This document shows positions 1-12,400 of a DNA stretch of 64,000 nucleotides, one piece after another. Origin of the DNA: Eledone cirrhosa (taxonomy: Eukaryota); the NCBI GenBank assembly GCA_964016885.1, contig OZ024749.1:10602001-10666000 (forward strand). The letters are read 5' to 3'. The translations under genes and the position numbers were made by a program. The notes beneath the pieces were generated by a model, which worked only from the letters and a program-made list of their open reading frames with translations, did no database searches and was not told where the DNA came from. How positions within the stretch are numbered: position 1 is the stretch's first letter; each line of letters opens with the position of its first letter.

Positions 1-841
1 TCACTGACACTTCTAATATCAATTTTCTCTGAACATCTACTGCATATAAAGTTTTCACTACCTGTTAGTTTGCCTACTATCCCACTACACCTCTTGTGTA
101 CCCAAGATCTGTATTGGGTACATTCTATAGAGTTTATGCCAACTCCTTTTCTAAATATCGAGCATGGCCATTTCCATGATGGAATCAGATTCTTGTCCTC
201 TTTCCTACTTATCAACACTTTAGTCTTTGCTAGGTCCATTCTCAGTCCTCTTGATTCCAACTTCTGTTTCCATAGCCAGAATTGATTCTCTAGCTCTTCT
301 ACAGATTCTGCTATAAGTACCAGATCGTCAGCATAGAGAAGTTCCCATGGGCAGCCAATCTGAAGCTCCTCTGTTATGGCTTAGAGAACTATAATGAACA
401 AGAGTGGGCTGAGGACCAAACCCTGATGAACTCCTACTTGTATCTGGAATTCCTCACGAGACTCCATTCCTACTCTTACTTTACTGACAGCTCCTCTGTA
501 CATAGCTTGCACTGTCCTCACAAGCCATTCCTCTACACCTAGTTTCCTTAGGGACCACAAGATGACAGATCGGGGTACTCTATCAAAGGCCTTCTCTAGG
601 TCAACAAAAGTTAAATATAGTGGATTATTCTTCTCTAAGAACTTCTCTTGTAGTTGTCTCACTAAGAAGAGGGCTGTTGTACTTTTCCCAGGCACAAAAC
701 CAAACTGCATCTCATCTAATTTGACTCTTTCTCTAATTAGTTGTGCTAGCACTCTTTCTGTCATTTTCATAACCTGATCCATCAGTTTTATGCTCCTATA
801 ATTGCTCCTCTCCAGAGCATCCCCTTTACCTTTGTAGCAAT
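1..841 (-). mobile_element. RTE-clade LINE reverse transcriptase fragment (degenerate)
   Basis: NYRSIKLM, QFGF, FVDLEKAFDRVPR, GVHQG..LSPLLF, then PWELLYADDL near 325-350 after an in-frame stop. Confidence 0.92.
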
Positions 842-1700
842 TTACAAGACCTGGACACAATGCAGCAATGGATCACAGACTGGCAACTGAAGCTGGCTGT
901 GGACAAGTGTACCACCATGCATTTTGGGAGGAAAAATCCAGCGTCCACATACTCCCTCCACAACACTGATATCAAGAAGTCCTCTTGTGAACGTGACCTG
1001 GGCTTTACTGTCAGCAGCAATTTGCGTTGGACAAAGCATGTCTCTAAGATTGTCAAGAAGGCTGAGGGTGTCTTGGCATCACTCAGCAAGACCTTTGTTA
1101 GCCGCTCTCCAGCCATCTATTTGAAGCTGTATACAGCTATGGTACGACCACACTTGGAATTCGCATCATCAGTCTGGAACCCCTATCTTGCTCAGAACAT
1201 TTACCTCCTGGAAACTGTTCAGAGACGTGCAACCAAGCGCATACCCTCCATCAGACACCTACCATACTCTGAACGCCTTGCTTCCCTGGGCATGGATTCA
1301 ATGAAGCTCCAACGTCTGGCAATGGACTCAGTAAATACCCACAAAGTTATTAACCATCTCGCCAACAACAACTCTGAGCACCTTTTTGATCTCCATGTGT
1401 CTAACACACGTGGACATGCCTACAAAATCAGAAAACAGCACAGCTCCCATGACTTTCGGAAACATTTTTTCACGCTCAGAGTTGCTGAAGCATGGAACAA
1501 ACATTTGCGTCAGTTGTTAGCTGCTGAGACACTGCATCCTTTAAAACCTCCATGGAACAAACTGCCTGCATCAGTTGTTAGCTGCTGAGATATTGCATCC
1601 TTTAAAACCCTCATGCTTCACAAAATTCACCAAAACTACACCTGATGTACCCCTTCCAGACACATGCACACGTGTATATCATGACTCATGCACTGTTCAT
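842..1700 (+). mobile_element. CR1/L2-type LINE ORF2 C-terminus and 3' end
   Basis: W..DWQL.L...KC, ERDLG, LYTAMVRPHLEFASSVWNP, LETVQRRATK, TRGH..K, FF..RV...WN motifs. There is a local duplication at about 1490-1610. Confidence 0.9.
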
Positions 1701-1709
1701 TATTTTAGC

Positions 1710-3118
1710 CTCAAGCTAGGCATGAAAATCGGATTGCCTTCCAAACACACCCTGCTCTTCCAGCTTGATGTACGCCCAAAGCTATGTGCTGCAGTTTCCT
1801 TAAACCTCAACTCAGCACAATATGAAAGCTTCAGCCTATGTGATGATGGGCAGATATGGAAGTTTATTAAGGCTGGTGAAACATAGAAAAGAGATTCCAG
1901 CTGGTCTTAAAACACTGTATCAACAACTGGCAATAAAAAAACTGGAAAAACTCTGCGAAACTAAATGAGAACAACTTGCCATCCCCTGCACATCGTCATA
2001 GACTGAAATCAAGGTATAAATTGTTGTCCTTAAATGCATGTAGTCTATGCAATAAGATACATCTTTTTTGATTCCTATGTCAAAAGTATCAATCCTGACT
2101 TCATTAGTCACGGAAACATGGGCTCATTCCTTACTCTGTGATGGGGATTTCAGCTTAGCTAGCTACAACTTGTTTCGTAAAGACCGCATTAATCATTGTG
2201 GTGGTGGTGTAATGGTCTACGTTTGTTCAAACTTTTCAGCAATTCCTTGCGTTGATTTGAACCAATCACAGCAAGAAGTATTTTCTGCGATATACGTATG
2301 ACCGTGTCAACACTGCTACTTGGAGTTGTTTACCGCCCCCTATATTACCATCAGGACACTCAGCTTTGTGATATCCTCAGAGCTGCTGCCAGAGAAACAG
2401 CCACTTATGTTTTTATTGCAGGGGACTTCAATCACCCTGAAATTTACTGGGAAACCTTTTGTTGAGCTAGTGCTGGACTCGAACTGGTCCCAAGTAGTTA
2501 CCTCCCCAACAAGAGGTGACAACACTTTGGATCTACTCTTCACCACTACTCCTGAAACGGTTATTAGTGTTACTACTGAGGAACCTTTAGGTGACTCTGA
2601 TCATGCTATGATCATTGCCAATCTGTCCCTCATGGGCAGTAACAAAAACCACAACCATCTCCAAACTGCTCACTTTGACCGGAATAAAGCGGACTGGAAC
2701 TGTTAAAGCACTGAGTTGCAACGTCCAAACTGGCTTGAGTTTTACGACCCTGGAGATGTCAACACTGTACTCCAGAACATCCTGAACTCAATATGGACAG
2801 CATGTGCAGCATCGGTGCCATGTAAGCAAAAAAAACATCCCAAAAGTGCAATTTGGGAGACTGCAGCAGTCCATCTTGCCAGGAAAGAACGTTGTAACGC
2901 TGAATGTGAGTACAGACTGCATAAATCAGCTATCAATAGGATAAAGCGAAATAAATCATCCAACCATTTCAAGCAGGTGACAAAAAAGGCAGTGCTTGAA
3001 TTTGAACAGCGCATAGCAACCAACCCTGACAGTAAGGTGTTCTGGAAATATGTACACTCAAAGCAGATGCCTCACTCTCCAGTTGGTCCTCTTTGCAATC
3101 CCCACACAAGCCAGATTG
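1710..3118 (+). mobile_element. CR1/L2-type LINE 5' portion with an APE endonuclease domain (frameshifted, 3'-truncated)
   Basis: LLSLNACSLCNK, VTETW, FRKDR..GGGV, GDFN, PTRGDNTLDLLF, LGDSDH, NPDSKVFWKYV and VGPL motifs across shifting frames. Confidence 0.85.
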
Positions 3119-3159
3119 CTTCATTCTGCCTTGTTTGCTGTTGTAGAGAAAAGTTATGC
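3117..3159 (-). CDS. ECM29: Probable 5' part of ECM29 exon 6 (K-HNFSLQQQTRQNEA), apparently truncated by LINE sequence
   Basis: Good acceptor tatttttcttaaag|G and correct phase (AA+G = Lys). The peptide loosely resembles human PYG-YVLNESQSRQN. It then runs into antisense CR1-like sequence with a TGA at 3072-3074. Confidence 0.55.
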
Positions 3160-3410
3160 CTTTAAGAAAAATACACAAATATAGATAAAAATGTATCCCA
3201 AGTGTGTCAACTGATAAAGAAGGGAGATGTAGTCATATTAAACTACTAATTTTTAATGTAATGTAATAGTGCTGTTTTGTAGTTTTTAAAAAATGTGTTG
3301 CTAATACAGTTTTATGCAGTATAGGACGTGTATTCTTAACATCCTATACTGCATAAAACTGTATTAAATACACATCTGTCGTGTTGTTGTGTATCAGTAT
3401 GGTTTTCGAG

Positions 3411-6400
3411 ATACTTGTAAGGTAACAACACATCCATTACATAGTCCTAGACATACTTGTAAGGTAACAACAACACATCCATTATTTAGTCCTAGACTTA
3501 CTTGTAAGGTAACAACGTACATTACATAGTCCTAGACATACTTGTAAAGTAACAACAACACATCCATTACACAGTCCTAGACATACTTGTAAGGTAATAA
3601 CAACACATCCATTACATAGTCCTATAAATACTTGTAAAGTAACAACAACACATCCATTACATAGTCCTAGACTTACTTGTAAGGTAACAACAACACATCC
3701 ATTACACAGTCCTAGACATACTTGTAAGGTAATAACAACACATCCATTACATAGTCCTATAAATACTTGTAAAGTAACAACAACACATCCATTACATAGT
3801 CCTAGACTTACTTGTAAGGTAACAACAACACATCCATTACACAGTCCTAGACATACTTGTAAGGTAATAACAACACATCCATTACATAGTCCTAGACTTA
3901 CTTGTAAGGTAACAACAACACATCCATTACACAGTCCTAGACATACTTGTAAAGTAACAACAACACATCCATTACATAGTCCTAGACTTACTTGTAAGGT
4001 AACAACAACACATCCATTACACAGTCCTAGACATACTTGTAAGGTAATAACAACACATCCATTACATAGTCCTAGACTTACTTGTAAGGTAACAACAACA
4101 CATCCATTACACAGTCCTAGACATACTTGTAAGGTAATAACAACACATCCATTACACAGTCCTAGACATACTTGTAAGGTAATAACAACACATCCATTAC
4201 AGAGTCCTAGACATACTTGTAAGGTAACAACAACACATCCATTATTAAGTCCTAGACTTACTTGTAAGGTAACAACACATCCATTACATAGTCCTAGACT
4301 TACTTGTAAGGTAACAACAACACATCCATTACACAGTCCTAGACATACTTGTAAAGTAACAACAACACATCCATTACACAGTCCTAGACATTACTTGTAA
4401 GGTAACAACAACACATCCATTACATAGTCCTAGACTTACTTGTAAGGTAACAACAACACATCCATTACATAGTCCTAGACTTACTTGTAAGGTAACAACA
4501 CATCCATTACACAGTCCTAGACTTACTTGTAAGGTAACAACAACACATCCATTACACAGTCCTAGACATACTTGTAAGGTAACAACAACACATCCATTAC
4601 ATAGTCCTAGACTTACTTGTAAGGTAACAACAACACATCCATTACATAGTCCTAGACTTACTTGTAAGGTAACAACAACACATCCATTACATAGTCCTAG
4701 ACTTACTTGTAAGGTAACAACAACACATCCATTACACAGTCCTAGACATACTTGTAAGGTAACAACAACACATCCATTACACAGTCCTAGACATACTTGT
4801 AAAGTAACAACAACACATCCATTACACAGTCTTAGACATACTTGTAAGGTAACAACACATCCATTACATAGTCCTAGACTTACTTGTAAGGTAATAACAA
4901 CACATCCATTAGGTAGTCCTAGACTTACTTGTAAGGTAACAACAACACATCCATTACATAGTCCTAGACTTACTTGTAAGGTAACAACACATCCATTACA
5001 CAGTCCTAGACTTACTTGTAAGGTAACAACAACACATCCATTACACAGTCCTAGACATACTTGTAAGGTAATAACAACACATCCATTACATAGTCCTAGA
5101 CTTACTTGTAAGGTAATAACAACACATCCATTACATAGTCCTAGACTTACTTGTAAGGTAATAACAACACATCCATTACACAGTCCTAGACTTACTTGTA
5201 AGGTAACAACAACACATCCATTACATAGTCCTAGACTTACTTGTAAGGTAATAACAACACATCCATTACACAGTCCTAGACTTACTTGTAAGGTAACAAC
5301 ACATCCATTACATAGTCCTAGACTTACTTGTAAGGTAACAACAACACATCCATTACACAGTCTTAGACATACTTGTAAGGTAATAACAACACATCCATTA
5401 CATAGTCCTAGACTTACTTGTAAGGTAACAACAACACATCCATTACACAGTCCTAGACATACTTGTAAGGTAATAACAACACATCCATTACACAGTCCTA
5501 GACTTACTTGTAAGGTAACAACACATCCATTACATAGTCCTAGACTTACTTGTAAGGTAACAACAACACATCCATTATTAAGTCCTAGACTTACTTGTAA
5601 GGTAACAACACATCCATTACATAGTCCTAGACTTACTTGTAAGGTAACAACAACACATCCATTACATAGTCCTAGACTTACTTGTAAGGTAACAACAACA
5701 CATCCATTACATAGTCCTAGACTTACTTGTAAGGTAATAACAACACATCCATTACATAGTCCTAGACTTACTTGTAAGGTAACAACAACACATCCATTAC
5801 ACAGTCCTAGACATACTTGTAAGGTAACAACAACACATCCATTACATAGTCCTAGACTTACTTGTAAGGTAACAACACATCCATTACATAGTCCTAGACT
5901 TACTTGTAAGGTAACAACACATCCATTACATAGTCCTAGACATACTTGTAAGGTAACAACAACACATCCATTACATAGTCCTAGACATACTTGTAAGGTA
6001 ACAACAACACATCCATTACATAGTCCTAGACTTACTTGTAAGGTAACAACACATCCATTACATAGTCCTAGACTTACTTGTAAGGTAACAACAACACATC
6101 CATTACATAGTCCTAGACTTACTTGTAAGGTAACAACACATCCATTACACAGTCCTAGACTTACTTGTAAGGTAACAACAACACATCCATTACACAGTCC
6201 TAGACATACTTGTAAGGCAACAACAACACATCCATTACATAGTCCTAGACTTACTTGTAAGGTAACAACAACACATCCATTACACAGTCCTAGACATACT
6301 TGTAAGGTAACAACAACACATCCATTACATAGTCCTAGACTTACTTGTAAGGTAACAACAACACATCCATTACACAGTCCTAGACATACTTGTAAAGTAA

Positions 6401-9400
6401 CAACAACACATCCATTACATAGTCCTAGACTTACTTGTAAGGTAACAACAACACATCCATTACACAGTCCTAGACATATTTGTAAGGTAACAACAACACA
6501 TCCATTACACAGTCCTAGACATACTTGTAAGGTAACAACAACACATCCATTACACAGTCCTAGACTTACTTGTAAGGTAACAACAACACATCCATTACAT
6601 AGTCCTAGACTTACTTGTAAGGTAACAACAACACATCCATTACACAGTCCTAGACATACTTGTAAGGTAACAACAACACATCCATTACACAGTCCTAGAC
6701 TTACTTGTAAGGTAACAACAACACATCCATTACATAGTCCTAGACTTACTTGTAAGGTAACAACACATCCATTACATAGTCCTAGACTTACTTGTAAAGT
6801 AACAACACATCCATTACATAGTCCTAGACTTACTTGTAAGGTAACAACAACACATCCATTACACAGTCCTAGACTTACTTGTAAGGTAACAACAACACAT
6901 CCATTACACAGTCCTAGACTTACTTGTAAAGTAACAACACATCCATTACATAGTCCTAGACTTACTTGTAAGGTAACAACAACACATCCATTACATAGTC
7001 CTAGACTTACTTGTAAGGTAACAACAACACATCCATTACACAGTCCTAGACATACCTGTAAGGTAACAACAACACATCCATTACATAGTCCTAGACTTAC
7101 TTGTAAGGTAACAACAACACATCCATTACATAGTCCTAGACTTACTTGTAAGGTAACAACAACACATCCATTACATAGTCCTAGACTTACTTGTAAGGTA
7201 ACAACAACACATCCATTACACAGTCCTAGACATACCTGTAAGGTAACAACAACACATCCATTACATAGTCCTAGACTTACTTGTAAGGTAACAACAACAC
7301 ATCCATTACACAGTCCTAGACTTACTTGTAAGGTAACAACACATCCATTACACAGTCCTAGACTTACTTGTAAGGTAACAACAACACATCCATTACATAG
7401 TCCTAGACTTACTTGTAAGGTAACAACACATCCATTACACAGTCCTAGACTTACTTGTAAGGTAACAACAACACATCCATTACACAGTCCTAGACATATT
7501 TGTAAGGTAACAACAACACATCCATTACACAGTCCTAGACTTACTTGTAAGGTAACAACACATCCATTACATAGTCCTAGACTTACTTGTAAGGTAACAA
7601 CACATCCATTACATAGTCCTAGACATACTTGTAAGGTAACAACAACACATCCATTACATAGTCCTAGACTTACTTGTAAGGTAACAACAACACATCCATT
7701 ACACAGTCCTAGACTTACTTGTAAGGTAACAACAACACATCCATTACACAGTCCTAGACATACCTGTAAGGTAACAACAACACATCCATTACATAGTCCT
7801 AGACTTACTTGTAAGGTAACAACACATCCATTACACAGTCCTAGACTTACTTGTAAGGTAACAACAACACATCCATTACATAGTCCTAGACTTACTTGTA
7901 AGGTAACAACACATCCATTACACAGTCCTAGACATACTTGTAAGGTAACAACAACACATCCATTACATAGTCCTAGACTTACTTGTAAGGTAATAACAAC
8001 ACATCCATTACATAGTCCTAGACATACTTGTAAGGTAACAACAACACATCCATTACACAGTCCTAGACATACTTGTAAGGTAACAACAACACATCCATTA
8101 CATAGTCCTAGACTTACTTGTAAGGTAATAACAACACATCCATTACATAGTCCTAGACTTACTTGTAAGGTAACAACAACACATCCATTACATAGTCCTA
8201 GACTTACTTCTAAGGTAACAACAACACATCCATTACATAGTCCTAGACTTACTTGTAAGGTAACAACAACACATCCATTACATAGTCCTAGACTTACTTG
8301 TAAGGTAACAACAACACATCCATTACACAGTCCTAGACTTACTTGTAAGGTAACAACAACACATCCATTACACAGTCCTAGACTTACTTGTAAGGTAACA
8401 ACAACACATCCATTACACAGTCCTAGACTTACTTGTAAGGTAACAACAACACATCCATTACACAGTCCTAGACTTACTTGTAAGGTAACAACACATCCAT
8501 TACACAGTCCTAGACTTACTTGTAAGGTAACAACAACACATCCATTACATAGTCCTAGACTTACTTGTAAGGTAACAACAACACATCCATTACATAGTCC
8601 TAGACATACTTGTAAGGTAACAACAACACATCCATTACACAGTCCTAGACTTACTTGTAAGGTAACAACAACACATCCATTACATAGTCCTAGACATACT
8701 TGTAAGGTAACAACAACACATCCATTACACAGTCCTAGACATACTTGTAAGGTAACAACAACACATCCATTACATAGTCCTAGACTTACTTGTAAGGTAA
8801 CAACAACACATCCATTACATAGTCCTAGACTTACTTGTAAGGTAACAACAACACATCCATTACACAGTCCTAGACATACTTGTAAGGTAACAACAACACA
8901 TCCATTACATAGTCCTAGACATACTTGTAAGGTAACAACAACACATCCATTACACAGTCCTAGACTTACTTGTAAGGTAACAACAACACATCCATTACAC
9001 AGTCCTAGACTTACTTGTAAGGTAACAACAACACATCCATTACATAGTCCTAGACATACTTGTAAGGTAATAACAACACATCCATTACATAGTCCTAGAC
9101 TTACTTGTAAGGTAACAACAACACATCCATTACACAGTCCTAGACATACTTGTAAGGTAACAACAACACATCCATTACATAGTCCTAGACATACTTGTAA
9201 GGTAACAACAACACATCCATTACACAGTCCTAGACTTACTTGTAAGGTAACAACAACACATCCATTACATAGTCCTAGACATACTTGTAAGGTAACAACA
9301 ACACATCCATTACATAGTCCTAGACTTACTTGTAAGGTAACAACAACACATCCATTACACAGTCCTAGACATACTTGTAAGGTAACAACAACACATCCAT

Positions 9401-12400
9401 TACATAGTCCTAGACATACTTGTAAGGTAATAACAACACATCCATTACATAGTCCTAGACTTACTTGTAAGGTAACAACAACACATCCATTACACAGTCC
9501 TAGACATACTTGTAAGGTAACAACAACACATCCATTACATAGTCCTAGACATACTTGTAAGGTAACAACAACACATCCATTACACAGTCCTAGACTTACT
9601 TGTAAGGTAACAACAACACATCCATTACACAGTCCTAGACTTACTTGTAAGGTAACAACAACACATCCATTACACAGTCCTAGACATACTTGTAAGGTAA
9701 CAACAACACATCCATTACATAGTCCTAGACATACTTGTAAGGTAACAACAACACATCCATTACACAGTCCTAGACATACTTGTAAGGTAACAACAACACA
9801 TCCATTACATAGTCCTAGACTTACTTGTAAGGTAACAACAACACATCCATTACATAGTCCTAGACTTACTTGTAAGGTAACAACAACACATCCATTACAT
9901 AGTCCTAGACATACTTGTAAGGTAATAACAACACATCCATTACATAGTCCTAGACTTACTTGTAAGGTAACAACAACACATCCATTACACAGTCCTAGAC
10001 ATACTTGTAAGGTAACAACAACACATCCATTACATAGTCCTAGACTTACTTGTAAGGTAACAACAACACATCCATTACACAGTCCTAGACATACTTGTAA
10101 GGTAACAACAACACATCCATTACATAGTCCTAGACTTACTTGTAAGGTAACAACAACACATCCATTACATAGTCCTAGACTTACTTGTAAGGTAACAACA
10201 ACACATCCATTACATAGTCCTAGACATACTTGTAAGGTAACAACAACACATCCATTACATAGTCCTAGACTTACTTGTAAGGTAACAACAACACATCCAT
10301 TACATAGTCCTAGACATACTTGTAAGGTAATAACAACACATCCATTACATAGTCCTAGACTTACTTGTAAGGTAACAACAACACATCCATTACATAGTCC
10401 TAGACTTACTTGTAAGGTAACAACAACACATCCATTACACAGTCCTAGACATACTTGTAAGGTAACAACAACACATCCATTACATAGTCCTAGACATACT
10501 TGTAAGGTAATAACAACACATCCATTACATAGTCCTAGACTTACTTGTAAGGTAACAACAACACATCCATTACACAGTCCTAGACTTACTTGTAAGGTAA
10601 CAACAACACATCCATTACATAGTCCTAGACTTACTTGTAAGGTAACAACACATCCATTACACAGTCCTAGACTTACTTGTAAGGTAACAACACATCCATT
10701 ACACAGTCCTAGACTTACTTGTAAGGTAACAACAACACATCCATTACACAGTCCTAGACATACCTGTAAGGTAACAACAACACATCCATTACATAGTCCT
10801 AGACTTACTTGTAAGGTAACAACAACACATCCATTACATAGTCCTAGACTTACTTGTAAGGTAATAACAACACATCCATTACACAGTCCTAGACTTACTT
10901 GTAAGGTAACAACACATCCATTACACAGTCCTAGACTTACTTGTAAGGTAACAACAACACATCCATTACACAGTCCTAGACATACTTGTAAGGTAATAAC
11001 AACACATCCATTACATAGTCCTAGACTTACTTGTAAGGTAACAACAACACATCCATTACACAGTCCTAGACTTACTTGTAAGGTAACAACAACACATCCA
11101 TTACACAGTCCTAGACTTACTTGTAAGGTAACAACAACACATCCATTACACAGTCCTAGACTTACTTGTAAGGTAACAACACATCCATTACACAGTCCTA
11201 GACTTACTTGTAAGGTAACAACAACACATCCATTACACAGTCCTAGACTTACTTGTAAGGTAACAACACATCCATTACACAGTCCTAGACTTACTTGTAA
11301 GGTAACAACAACACATCCATTACACAGTCCTAGACTTACTTGTAAGGTAACAACACATCCATTACACAGTCCTAGACTTACTTGTAAGGTAACAACACAT
11401 CCATTACACAGTCCTAGACTTACTTGTAAGGTAACAACAACACATCCATTACACAGTCCTAGACATACTTGTAAGGTAACAACAACACATCCATTACACA
11501 GTCCTAGACTTACTTGTAAGGTAACAACACATCCATTACACAGTCCTAGACTTACTTGTAAGGTAACAACAACACATCCATTACACAGTCCTAGACTTAC
11601 TTGTAAGGTAACAACAACACATCCATTACATAGTCCTAGACATACTTGTAAGGTAACAACAACACATCCATTACATAGTCCTAGACTTACTTGTAAGGTA
11701 ATAACACATCCATTACACAGTCCTAGACTTACTTGTAAGGTAACAACAACACATCCATTACATAGTCCTAGACTTACTTGTAAGGTAACAACACATCCAT
11801 TACATAGTCCTAGACTTACTTGTAAGGTAACAACAACACATCCATTACATAGTCCTAGACTTACTTGTAAGGTAACAACAACACATACATTACACAGTCC
11901 TAGACTTACTTGTAAGGTAACAACAACACATCCATTACATAGTCCTAGACTTACTTGTAAGGTAACAACAACACATCCATTACATAGTCCTAGACTTACT
12001 TGTAAGGTAACAACAACACATCCATTACATAGTCCTAGACTTACTTGTAAGGTAACAACAACACATACATTACACAGTCCTAGACTTACTTGTAAGGTAA
12101 CAACAACACATCCATTACATAGTCCTAGACTTACTTGTAAGGTAACAACACATCCATTACATAGTCCTAGACTTACTTGTAAGGTAATAACAACACATCC
12201 ATTACACAGTCCTAGACTTACTTGTAAGGTAACAACAACACATCCATTACATAGTCCTAGACATACTTGTAAGGTAATAACAACACATCCATTACACAGT
12301 CCTAGACTTACTTGTAAGGTAACAACAACACATCCATTACATAGTCCTAGACATACTTGTAAGGTAATAACAACACATCCATTACACAGTCCTAGACTTA

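Noticed and set aside
1860-1915. Minus-strand RPAGISF as the missing PPGMSF part of exon 6
   Set aside because: Similarity does not extend, the frame soon stops, and the region fits the + strand LINE.
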